Source of the DNA: Octopus sinensis | Taxonomy: Eukaryota | Assembly (NCBI RefSeq): GCF_006345805.1 | Contig: NC_043015.1 | Span: forward strand, 30,566,001-30,630,000 | Reading direction: 5' to 3' | DNA: 64,000 nt | Shown: piece by piece, positions 1 to 60,900 of the stretch | Layout: each line of letters starts with the position of its first letter | How positions within the stretch are numbered: the stretch's first letter is position 1 | Program-made: the position numbers and the translations under genes | Notes under the pieces: generated by a model | Told to the model about the DNA's origin: nothing | The model's input: only the letters and a program-made list of their open reading frames with translations | The model's database searches: none

Positions 1-1547
1 TCTGACAATAATATCCGTATATTTTGGAATACTTTGTTTTCTTGTTGAGAAGAAAACTAACAAATGACTTTCACTGTTTGTAAGTAAGAAGTGGAGAGAA
101 AGAGGAAAAAGAAAATAAATATCGTCAAAAGACTTGAAGAGAAAAGCATCATTAAGAATTAAATTTAATTAAAAGCAATTCATCTAATTAATTACGAAAC
201 ATTAGGAAAATTGTGATTTTTTTTTTTCCATTTTTTAAAAATTTATTTATTTATTATTTTTTTTTTTTGATATCTGATGAAGAAAGAAAATTTTTAAAGA
301 TAATTTATTTATTGGAGCTGAGAGCAATTAGTGATAGATGAAGTTCAGAGAGGGTAGAAGTTGTATAGAGTGAAGTGAAGTGAGGGTGTATGGTGTATTG
401 ATTGCTGTTGGTGGGAGAAGATTGGATGGGGGGGGGTGAGTTATTCAACATGAAATGAAATTAAGAAACCCAATAGAAGTGTGTGTGATGTTCAGTGTTA
501 AAGAAACTTGTTTGCCAGATATGCCCCCCACCCATTGTTTTCTTTGCTTGACTTTACTCAAGGAAAATATTTGCCTTGTTTACAGTTACACAAGCACACA
601 CTATAAGAGGAGACAAAAACATAACTATGATGGTACCTGTTGGTGTTTGGTCCCTAATCAACCCTAATCAAAAGATATTGCAATCACGAGCGTTTATCTT
701 TTACTTGTTTCAGTCATTAGACTGTGGCCATGCTGGGGCACAACCTTTAAGAATTTTCAGTCTAATGAATCAACTCCAGGACTTGTTTTTTTCTTTTTAA
801 GCCTTGTTCTTATTCTATCAGTGTCTTTTGCTGAACCACTTAGTTATAGGGATGTAAACACACCAACCCCAGTTTGTCAAGCAGTGGTGGAGGCCAAACA
901 GACACACACACACACACACACATATATATACAATGAGCTTCTTTCAGTTTCCATTCACAAGGATTTTGTTAGCCCAAGGAGACACACAGTGGGACTGAAC
1001 CCAGAACCATGTGTTTGGGAAATAAACTTCTTACCACACAGCTACGGCTGCACCCATCACCTGATTAGGGTTATGTCTAGGACTACATTACCCTCTATGT
1101 CATTTCCTCATTTAAGATGATAATGGTGAGATGTAACTGCTATTTCTAATAAAGCAAGTCAAATGACCACATAGCAGCCCTTCTGTTTTGTTGCTGTGAT
1201 AATGATGATGGTGATTAATTTTGTTGTTGTTGTTGTTACTTTACATTATATTAAATCATATTACATTTCTGTTGCTACTTTTATAGTATATTGTTTGGCT
1301 CAAAGACGTTAACTTTATAAACAAAACACTTAAACAGTTTATTTTTCACCAACCAACACTTTCAATCAATTTTCATGTACGAAACATTGCCATCTGTTTG
1401 TTGTCATTAATTACAGTTAATTACAACTCATTATCAGCATCTCTCTCTTTCTTTGTTATTGCTGTTGACTTTATTCTTTCCCATCTCCTTGCTTTGATTT
1501 TGTATTCAAATTTCAGTAAATATCTTTGTATCATTCCTTCTCTGCAG

Positions 1548-49205
<47,658 letters not shown>

Positions 49206-52200
49206 AAAACACACGAATACACACATACGCATACACACGCACACATACACACAGAGGATTAATTGACAATATCTTTGTGCGGTTGGTTGTTTTTTTGTTT
49301 TTTTTTTTCGTTTCTTTTTTTTTTTTATTACCAAAGTATGGCTTGAACCGACGACCAGGAATTCACTCTGTCACTTGTGTGTTTCTGAATTGCATGAAAG
49401 GAAAGACTATTTATATGATTGGCAGGTGTGACAGGCAGCAGCAGATTACTGTTGAGTCTTTTTTTTTTCTTTTTTTGTTGGTTTTTTTTTCTTTTTTGCT
49501 GCTGTCTCTATTAGTAACTGGCTGTCCAGTGCACGACTTAAAGAACATCTATAGCACAGCCCAAAGCTGGTTACTAGAGGGACCTGAAAATTTTCAATTC
49601 AAAATGGAGTGAATCCTGGTTAAAATTTTTTTATTCCCTGACAAAAAAAAGACCAATATTTTTATAACTTTTTTAAGGAAACTTGTGCAAAAGAAACCAA
49701 AAAAAAAATATTAAATAGAAAGCAAGAGAGAGAGAAAGAGAGAGAGTGTGTGGTGTGTGTGAGAGAGAGAGAGAAAGAGGAAGAGAAAAAGAGAGGGAGG
49801 GAGGGAAAAATCTCAAGAAAAAGAACAACAAAGGACCCACCCCACTTTCTGTTCCACCCCCTCCTGCTTCTCCAGCCCCCACCGTCTTCCCCCCTTCCCC
49901 ACCCCCTAACAGAATGCTTCCTTGATTATTTAATGTGTTTGGAGGTTGTTTCATTTTTTTCCTTTCCTTTTATGCCCTCCACCCCCACCCTGGTGTGCTT
50001 AGCTGTGATTAGGACTGTTCATACAATATTCATGCTGTTGTTGTTATTGTTGTTGTTACTGAATGAGGGCAGTGGATTGGCAGATTTAGCGGAGCATCTA
50101 TGTTGCAGTATTCGTTCCTGCTCCTTTATGTTCCGAGTTCAAATCCCCACCAAGTCCAACCTTATTTTCCATCCTTTCAGGGTCAATAAATAAAGTACCA
50201 GTCAAGTACTGGGGGTAAGTTTAATTGACTATAGCCCCTTCCCCCCAAAATATCAGGCTTTGTGCCTCGTTAGCATGCTAGGCAAAATGCTTAGCAGCAT
50301 CTCATCCATCTGAGTTCAAATTCCACAGAGGTTGACTTTGACTTTCATCCTTTTGGGATTCATGAAATAAGTTGCAATTAAGCACTGGGGACAATGTAAT
50401 CAACTAACTCCCTCCCTTGTGCCTATAGAAGAATGGATTATTATTATTAATGAGTTAGCAGAAATGTTAACGAACTAAAATGAACTCTTTGTGGTACTTT
50501 TAATTGTTTAGCATTCAGATTACTCTTTAGCAAATACGTTTGTTTATTCATTTTGTTTTGAATTAATCATACATTAATTATCCCATAGCTTTGATATTTT
50601 GATGATGTGATTGATTATTTTTAGAAAGACATCAGGTAAATATGAGAGACCAGATCTGTCCGGTTTGGACATAAAACAGGTAGAATATTCCGGCCGGATA
50701 TGGCCAGTTTTCATACTGAAGGGTTAAGTAAGTCCTTCTATATTCTGAATTGAATCCTGCCAAGGTTGAATTTACCTTTCTGTGTCCCTTGGGGAGGGGC
50801 AAAAAAATGGGTACCTGGTTCAACCTTACTTTTCATCCTTTCAGGGTCAATAAATAAGTATCGGTCAAGTACTGGGATCAGTTTAATCAACTAGCCCCTT
50901 CCCCCAAAATTTCAGGCTTTGGGCCTCATTAGCATGCCAGAGAGAATGCTTAGCAGCATTTCTCCAAAAATGACCCTCCCTCCCATCTTTATCTACAAAA
51001 TGTGCAGCTTCGTGCCAATGTAAGAAGTCAGCAGCATCATTGTTAATATTATTATTACAACAACCATTATTGTTATTGTTGCTGTTATCATCATCATCAT
51101 GATCATTATTATTATTATCATCATCATTGCCATGGCCAAGTGGTCATCAGAACCTCAGAATCCATCATCTAAATCTGTGTTACTTCTGTTCTTCACCCAC
51201 AGAGTTCTTACACTGAGGGATAGCTGTGAACGTTTGACGCTTCACTCTGTAACCATTGAGATGTAACTGTAAATTGAACCACTCTTGTATACCACGTTAC
51301 CATCAGGATGGTAGCAATGGTTTTTTACTTTCACCACTAGGTAACATTTCAGTTCTGTTCTTTGTACTTAATCAAGTGAACCCTTTTCAGTGGATCTTTC
51401 ATGATCATACTGTGATATACTAGTGTACACTAAACACAAATAACTACCTACCTACACACGTGCATTCACACACACACACACACACTTAGCATAAGTTTCA
51501 TAACAGTTTGTTCATACACAAACACACACACATGTATGTTTATTTATTTCCCATCTAACACTAACATAAGATGGCAACACATGTCCTTATGTGTTCTTCT
51601 TACTGTTGTTAACAACTCCTGTCTTTAGTAATTTATGTTAAATAATACACCAAAATATTTTCTGATACATACACCACGAAAAAAAACAAAAGACGAAGAC
51701 AGGTGGTGTACAAAATAAACAGATGTATTAGTATAACGCTCAGGAATAGAAAAAGTCTTTTACGTTTCGAGCCTATGCTCTTCTACAGAAAGGGACACAG
51801 AAAAAAAACAAGGAGAGAGAAAAATGTGTGTAGTGGCTAACGATCTATCATGGCGACTGGATATATATATATATATGCACGCATACACACACACTCTCAC
51901 TCCCATGTTTAAGTCTATATTCCTCTCTGAATATGCCCACACAAGAGAAACTCAGAATTACGATGGGGTGTATTACAATAGTAACGCACTCCATTTCTAT
52001 TCTATAGTAAATCTTACATTATAAACTAGTAAATGTTGCATTTATAATAGGAGCAAATGATAGAAATCTTACATCTTTCTAGGTATTTTATTTGTTACAA
52101 TTTTCCAAGTCAGCTCTGAATCAGCAGATTTATAATCAGAGTTGAGTTATTCCTACTGTGACCATCCCTTTTTTTTTGTTGTTGTTGTCCAAGAGAAAGA

Positions 52201-52872
52201 TACATTATCCCAAGTATACTGCCATTTTTTTTTTTAGATGGTAGGGTGTGATTTGATTTGCGTGACTATATAAGTTCCCCTCGTTAGCTCATTCTTCCAT
52301 TGGTAAGGAATCATGGGATCAGTTGAACTCAAACTTTTTTCATTCTATGGCTATACATAACATCATCATCATTATCATCATCCATCATTTTACGCGTCCA
52401 CTTTCCATGCTGGCATGGGTTGGACAGTTTGACAGAATCCAACGGGTCGGCACCCACTCTCTTGCTCCGTTGTCTCAGTTCTGGCATGGTCTCTACGGCT
52501 GAAAGCCCTTCCAAATGCCAACTACTTTACAGATTCAATTGGGCCCTTTTGTGTGTGTGTATGTGTGCGTGCATGTCTGTGTGTGCATGCATGTGTGTGT
52601 GTGGCTCTGGCATTAATGAGGTCACCTGGTAACTCGCAATCTCCCATGACAGACCAGGAGAAAAGGTGCTGAGATGTTAAAGTATGATGGAAGGAACAGG
52701 TTTGTTTTTGTTTTGTCAACGGTTGCTAGTAGAGAAACTAACAGAGGCAGTGTCAAGGAAGGGAATAAGAGAAAAGGAAAGGGAAAGAATAATTATATAT
52801 ACACACATATATATATATACATATATATACACATACATATATATACACATATACACATACATACACATATAT

Positions 52873-52919
<47 letters not shown>

Positions 52920-53923
52920 TATATACATACATATATACACATTATATATATATATATATTTATTATCAGTCTCTATTTCATGTTGACTGCCATTTTTATG
53001 TCCTGCTAGTTTTCCGCTGTTCATTTACCATCTCAGTCACGCAGCTTATGGGGGAAGATATATATGTGTTATTTGATTAATCAGAAATATTGTTTTAACA
53101 TTTTAAAAATAATGTAAATAACATGTTGTTCTCTGCAGTATTCAGTTTGATATCCTACCTTTGTTTTGATACGTCAGACCATTCTTGCCTGAAGAAAGCA
53201 TTTATCATATATAAGTATATGTTTAGTGCATTTAACTACCAATATTTACCCAACACATATTTATATAATATATACATATAAACCTGCACTAAAACGTTAC
53301 ATACAGATGCATACCTTTATATGTATACATACACACACACACACACATATATATATATGTATAGGCACTGACATAGCAGTGTGATTAAGAAGTTTGCTTC
53401 TCAACCATGTGACATACATTGCGTTCATTCTGATGGCAGAGCATTTTGGGCAAGTGTCGTCCTCTTCTGTAACCGTAGGGTAATCAATGTTGTGTGAGGG
53501 AATTTGGTACACAGAAACTGAGGGAAATCCATCGTGTATATTTGTTTTAACGTCTGAGTTTGTTTCATGTGTGTGTCTGTGGGAATGTTCACAATCTACA
53601 CTGAACCACAACTACAGACCATGTTTACATTGGTGCCCCAGCATGGCTACAGTCTAATGCTTGAAACAAGTAAAAGGTAAAAGATACATGAATGATTTAA
53701 TGATAATTTAGTTGGTCAAAACCAACATTACACACACACATACATACACACACACATATATATGTATGATAATAACAGAATTTTTTAGAAATTTCTGTCG
53801 GCTTGCTTCGAGACGCATGCTTATAGTGATGAATTATATGGTTATTGATGATTTGTCTATTTTCGGCATATTTGGCATTAGAATTTTTTTTTCTTTTGCC
53901 CTTTTTTATAAGTTGTATATATA

Positions 53924-53978
<55 letters not shown>

Positions 53979-55126
53979 TACATACTTATATCTATCAGCA
54001 TTGGTAAACAGAAACTATGGGAGTTTTTTTTATGCGTGTATGGATGTGAGCATGTACACAAATGTTGACATTCTGTGTCTTTACTTGTGTGTCACTGTCT
54101 AAGAGAAATAGTGATGTGGTGTTTATATTCTTTGTTACTCTGCACTTTTGAAGACAAGTGGAATAAAAAGAAAACACTCCCTAATTTGAAAAACAGGTAA
54201 GGGTTAGCAATGGGAAGAGTGTCTGCCCATAAAATGCTGCTTCAAATAAAGTTATAGGTTTTGGCTAAATCCTTCCCAAATGTTAATTATATTGAAAGTT
54301 AATTGGAACACAGACAGCTTGCAATCATTAGAAATATAAGAGAAGATTACATAGAACAGAGGTGATGAATCTTCTTAACTCAAAGCATCAGAATGATATC
54401 CACAGAACATGAAAACAAGATACACTAGGTTTTTTTTACTGTTATATCAGACATTTTAAAAAATCTACTTCTAAGTTAATATATATGTACAGAATAAGAT
54501 TAATTAATGTAATTTGATGGTAGTATTTTGTTTAAATTGTGATGTAAAGGGAAAAAAATTTTGACTAAATTGCACACTAATTGTAAACAAATGTCATTAC
54601 CATAAAAATAGGGTCATTCTTATACAACCTTCCATGAAAATATATCTGGTTGTTATGCTGTTAGCATTTATCTTGATTGAAAAAAAAAAAAAAAAGCAAG
54701 GGTTGGTGACAGGAAGAGTGTCCAGCTGTAGAAACCTCACTGAATTTCATTTGACCCAAAGACAGACACATGGGAAACTGAACATTAAAATAATGATGAT
54801 GATGAAATCATTCCTGGATGCTATTATACATTGATTGGTGCATGCAGTTTGTGAAGCTGCACAGTTCTTGTATGCTGTGTGTGCATTGAGTGCAGAAGAG
54901 ATATTGAAGATTAGGTATGTGCTTGTCATCATCATTCATCATTGTTCGACCATGGTCGAGACAATGGAATTTACCATGCTACACCAGACTTCATGGTCCA
55001 TCATGGCATTACGGAGGTCCTGTTTCTGTAATAGTTGGTCAGTTGGAGAGTCTTGTGTTTGTTCATATGGTTGACACAGAGATGGTGGGGCCAGTGTAGT
55101 TTGTAGGCGTAAAGGATGGAATAACA

Positions 55127-55160
<34 letters not shown>

Positions 55161-57330
55161 GGTTCTTACTGCTGTTAACAATCACAATTGCCACCATCAT
55201 TATATATATGTATATATTGTTTGTTTTATGTGAAGATAAATGTAAAACCAATTTAATATTAAACTGAAGGATTACTCACTACTTTTTAGTAGAGTACATC
55301 TTTACTATTCAACTTTTACAAGAATATGGGTTCAGAGTTTCGTCTGGCTGGCCCTCATCGGACACTCTGATGAAAACTATCAGGGCAAAACTCAGAAGTT
55401 ATTATTATCCCCCTTTTTTGTAAAAGTTTATATATATGCGTGTGTGTGTGTATATGTATACATGTATATGTACATATATATATATGTATACATGTATATA
55501 TATATATGTACATATATATGTATATATATATGTGTGTGTGTGTATTTATATGTATTTATTTCATTTTTATTTCATCTAGTTTCAGCTCACGAGCTGTGGC
55601 CATGCTGGGGCATATATATATATGTATGTGTGTATATATATATGTGTGTATGTGTATATATATGTGTGTGTATATATATTTATGTATATATGTGTGTATA
55701 TATATATATATATCACCGTGGCCAACCAGGTTATCAGATGTTACACATCGCTGGTCACAATGCGCTTCGCATTGTTTTAGCCTTCAAATAGCGCCACCCC
55801 GCTGGCTAAGCAAGCTGGCCAATATATATATATAGGGAGAGTAAGAGAGAGAGAGAGAGAAAGACAACAGATATTAAAGGAATGAACATATATCTATCAC
55901 TTGTTTCAGTGATTTGACTGTGGCCATACTGGCACCGCCTTTAATAGAACAATAGTGCTTATTCTATCGGTCACTTTCCCAAACCACTAAGTCACAGGCA
56001 TGTAAACACACCAACATCGGTTGTCAAACAATGGTGCAATGACAAACAGACACACACTCACATACATGTATATATGAAGGGCTTCTTTCTGTTTCCATCT
56101 ACCAAGTCCAGTCATGGAGGCTTTGGTCGGCCCAATGCTATAATAGAAGACATGTGGTTAGAAAGCAAGCTTCTTACCACACAGCCACTCTAGAAAACTC
56201 ATATTCTCTCTCATTCACACAATTTATTTCAGAAACATCTATTTGGTATTGTTTTGGTTTTTTTTGCTCTTCTTTGAAAACTCACCTACTACCACTACCA
56301 CCACCACCACCACCACCACACTTATTTATTTTGTTATTTGATGTTTACAGAGTTTATAAACCTCTCAGCTCCTCTTCCTGACACACCTTCATTCTCCTGG
56401 TCTCTTGTTTAGCTGATGTGTTTATTCTCCTCCGCTTCCTCTCACTTCAATTCCCTTCCCTTCTTCTTTCAAGATAATGTATATTTATAGACTTCTCCCA
56501 TTCTTTAACTCCAGCTCTTGTTTAATAATGTGTATTTATAGAACCCCCCTAGCCACCCCCACCCCCTGACACAAAGACATCTAACTACTCTTGCTTAACA
56601 GTTCACAAAACACCCTCACCAAAACAACAGCTGCCGGCATTTCTCTGTCTTCCCCTTGTCTCACTTGCACTCTTCTTCACATCACATCACCTCCATCATC
56701 TTTTACACATTATACACAATCGTACTATGTCTCCAACCTTGTTGTCATAGAAATACAATTTAGAAAGCAGATTCTTCCATTGAGTTCAAATCCCACGAAA
56801 GTCTAGTTTACTTTGTTCCTCCAAAGTCAATAAATCAAGGACTAATCAAATACTGCTGTTAATCTAATCCACCACATTTTTCCCCCTATAGCAAAATTTG
56901 AAATTATTTGGATGATGTAGTGATTAAATCAGTAACCTCCCACTAAGATGGGATGGGGGCATTTTAATTATATTTATTTTTCTTGTGGGCATGGGTTAGA
57001 CAAGTCATCATGGGCCAGGTTACCGTGCACTTACAGCAACAGATAACTGGTCAACAGTTGTTTACATCCTGCAGTGCAGAATCAATGCATTTTATCATGC
57101 TTACTGACCACTGAGAGATTGCTCCGTCTGGAGAGAACTAAAGTTTCCTGTCAAACCTGAGTTCTTATTTGCTGTTTCTTCCCTCCTAGATAGCTGCCAA
57201 TGTAGCTTTCTCTAGCCATATGCCAGTCATACATTACATTTTTGGCATGTTGTTTACAGTTAGATGCCCTTCCTTTCTTTTTATGTTAGAAATCATTATT
57301 ATCATCATCATCGTCGCTGATAATTATTAA

Positions 57331-57553
57331 CCCTTTCGTTACTGTATTTATTTTGAGATGCTCTGTGTTTCTTTCAATTACTTTAAATATAACAAAGAAT
57401 TTAGTAAAATAACTTAGTTATATCATTACGCTAGTGTTAGGAACATAAATTGTGACTGAGGTTTGGTGGAAGATTTTAATTCAAAACTTATGAAAGCAAA
57501 GACATTTGTACTCAGAGCCAGAGCCGGTTTCAGCCGGTTTGGTATCGAAAGGG
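57331..57553. mobile_element. piggyBac-type MITE, second family
   Basis: TTAA|CCCTTTCGTTAC ... GTATCGAAAGGG|TTAA. Confidence 0.85.
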
Positions 57554-59299
57554 TTAAGGTGATGTGTCAGCAGAATTTCAACTGTATCAAAAAAATGTTG
57601 TGCATTATGTTTTCCAGCTCTCTATGTCCTGAGTTTACAGCTTGCCATGAAAAACTTAACCTTTTATTCCTCTGGGGTTGATAAAGTACTGAGACCAATG
57701 CAATCAGCTATTCCTTCCCCCAAAAAATTTCAGGCCTTGTACCTGTGTTAGAAATAATTATTATTAGTAATAGTATTATGGTTTTGTGTGCATGTGCGTA
57801 ATCAGGGGAGCGCTGGACAAAATGCCCAGCTGAACGTAATTAAACCCCCTTTATGTTCCAAGTACTAATTTGACTGGATGCTGCTTAGCCTTTCATCCTT
57901 CTGGGCTGAACAAAAGTAAATACTAATCTAGCACTGAACCTCCCCAACCAAAAATATATTATTTTTCTTCCTATATTAGAAATCATTGTTATTATAAAGT
58001 ACCAGTTAAGTACTGGGGTTGATCTAATTGACTATAACCTTCCCTAAAATTTCTGCCCTTGTACTAATGTTACAAGCAATTATTGTTGCTTCTGCTATTG
58101 TGGTGAACTGACAGACAAAACGCTTTGCAGTGTCCTTCCAGGATTGATAAAATAAAGTACCAACAGAGTCTGAATCAACTGTACCCCATCCCAAGCAAAA
58201 AAATTCCTGGCCCTTGTATCTATGTAAAAAAGAATTATTATTATTGTTTTTGTTGCTCACTGGAGTCACCTATTGATTTCATCTTTCCTCGGTCAATGAA
58301 GTAAACACTTGGTATATACTAGCGTTGATTCAATTGACCAGTACTCCCTAAAATTGAAGTTTTGTGCCAAAGTTAAATGATCATTGTTACTATTTGAAGT
58401 CTATCACAGTGGTGCCTTTTCTAAATATGAAGCATGTAGTTGTATTGTTGTTAATGTTTAGCCTCTGGCCAGCCCTGATTGAGCACACTTATAATTACCA
58501 TGGCTTTCCAGCCATGACCATACTGTCTTTTTAGGGGTATCTTTTTTAAGAGATGTGATTTGGCTGCTGTTTCTAGCAGTTTGAGTGACTGGGTAGGGGC
58601 TTTGTAATTGGTTCAAAACATTAAATGATTCTTGTTGCTTGATTTACATTTGATTTAAAAGAATATAACACTTTGATTGAGATACAGTTCCCATCTTGGG
58701 TCAGCCATGTTCTCTGGCTTAACAGGCTCTTAGAGGTTCTGGCATTTGGCTGTTCCCGCCCTAACTGTTGCTCCAAATTTTCACACTCTCTCTCTGACTC
58801 CTTATATAAGTAATTAGGTCATCTTCATTTATTGACATACGTATCATTATTGTTAAAAAAAAAAACTTTACATATGTTGTTGCCCCAGAGTTCTCTACAA
58901 ATAGTTTGTCTACCACCAAATCTAAAGTTGTCCTGGACACACTTTTGAAAATCTCTTTAATTCATTTCACAACTTTATGCTCAGGAGATCAATTTTCCTA
59001 GTAAGAACTTCTTTCTCTTTAGCTTCAATGTCTTGCAAGATTGAATTGGATTCAGTTCTTGTTAGCCATAAAAAAAGGAGAATTGGATATGAATGATACA
59101 TCTTTCAGATTAGTATTCCATCCTTCCATCTTCTCTGCCCACTATTTCCAGAAGGATTATGGGGTAGAATCCTCAAACATTTCTTCCATAGGGTCCTATC
59201 AGAAGCAACCATCATTAGATTTCCTGGCTGGATTCCTCAGCACAACCAACTATGGCAATGGATATTATCCAACCTTCTCATCATTCTTGGTCTACCTCT

Positions 59300-60900
59300 A
59301 GGCCTCCTGCTCATTAGCTTGGCTTAAAGAATCCTTCCTTTTCAAGGTTGCTGTAGTTAAAACCAAGTCATTTCTCTTACAAGGAGTTTTCAATGCAAAT
59401 GGAGAGGCCTTTACTAGACTTCTGTGCTTGATATGGACTCTCCATTATGAACATATTCTTCTAGCACAGGGATATTCCTAGATATATCTGGTATAGAGAT
59501 ACTTTGGGACAGAGTTCACTGGTAGGTTTTGTTATTGTCTCTGGCCTCTTTGATTCTTTGCTGGATGGTCATGTAAAGAGAGGAGTAGAGCTGACAACGG
59601 GTCACCACCTAAGACTGTCTGCAACAGTCGGGAGAATCCACAAAACTGGTTAAGTCCAGTGCAGCCTACAGGAATGATGAGATCAGAAACAAATATGCAG
59701 TCACTATTGCATCCATATTCAGAGACCTTCCTGAACAAACTGAAGATGTTGAAACAGTGGAGATTGTTTTGTTTGGCAGTTTCTTCTGTGACTGTAAAAT
59801 GCTGTAGATGACAGCAGCTTGGTGTGGTGCCAAGTGGCAAGGGAACCCCTTGGTTTAAACCGGAAGGTAAAAATGCCATCTGAGCAAAGAAGGAGGCCTG
59901 GAAACAAGTCCCCCCCTTTTGCACAGATGGTACTCTGAGGCATGAAAAGTTGCAGAGATAATAAATAACATCCAAAGCTAAACCATAGGAGGACCCTAAG
60001 GGTCAAACTGGACTATCACTTTAGATTGACCAATAAAGTATTCTGACAGACCATTAATTGACTTCGTAACAAAAGACCCTCTTCCACACCTGCCATTAAG
60101 AACTCGGCCGGGGTTCCCTCTTCATAGAGAGGAACATCCTTAAGAAGTGGAGAGAATTCTTTACTGAACTCTTAAAGCTGATCGTGATAAAATCTGGTAA
60201 ACAGAAGGTGCATCTTGGGATGAAGACTAACCTCACAGCCTTGGTTCCTTCAAATGTGCACATGGTATTTAGATTAAGCAAATTGGTCCTTCTTTCAGAA
60301 AGGATTGGGCGTTTTATAAACACATCCTTTACTTCCCATAATGACTTCAAGAATAGGTGACAAGACATATTTGTTGCTCTTGATCCGGTCCCTGAAATGA
60401 CCATCATTTGTTCATTTACTTCCTTAGGTCTGTTGAAATTGCTGTTTTGAGTATTTCCTTAAAAGCCTTCCAGTATGGAATAAAAACATTGTTTTGTTGT
60501 GTTTGTTTAGGGTTTTCTTTCTATAATTTTTATCATTTAAAGTAGTCATGGGTAAACTGTGGCCTGCGGGACTTTCCGAATGGTGTGCCAACCAAAAGTC
60601 ACATTGAATTTTTTTAACAGTGTGACCCACCAGATGACATATTGTGTGGCCTATTTCTTGAAAAAGATTGTCCAGGCCTAGTTGAACTGTTGTTCCACTA
60701 CTATTTGACAATGACCTCCTCACTCGTACATCATATCCTGTTCCTTACAGAGGTAAACAAAGCTATTCGGGATGCAAAAATCAGTCGATGGAATCTTATT
60801 TGGTATCTTTTTCCCAGTCTTAATTTCTTTGTTGAGTAACTTAAGCCGCTCTGCAAGATTGTCGTGTCTGGTAGTTCTTGCCCCTTAACTGTTGCTCAGT
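59300..60900 (+). mobile_element. Heavily decayed RTE-clade LINE
   Basis: Remnants LLDFCA*YGLSIMNIFF*HRDIPRYIWYRDTLGQSSLV...VKRGVELTTGHHL (EN, 59411-59620) and RNILKKWREFFTELL (60130-60175). 3'-end similarity near 60700-60900, plus a second 3'-end-like block at ~58670-58850. Confidence 0.7.
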
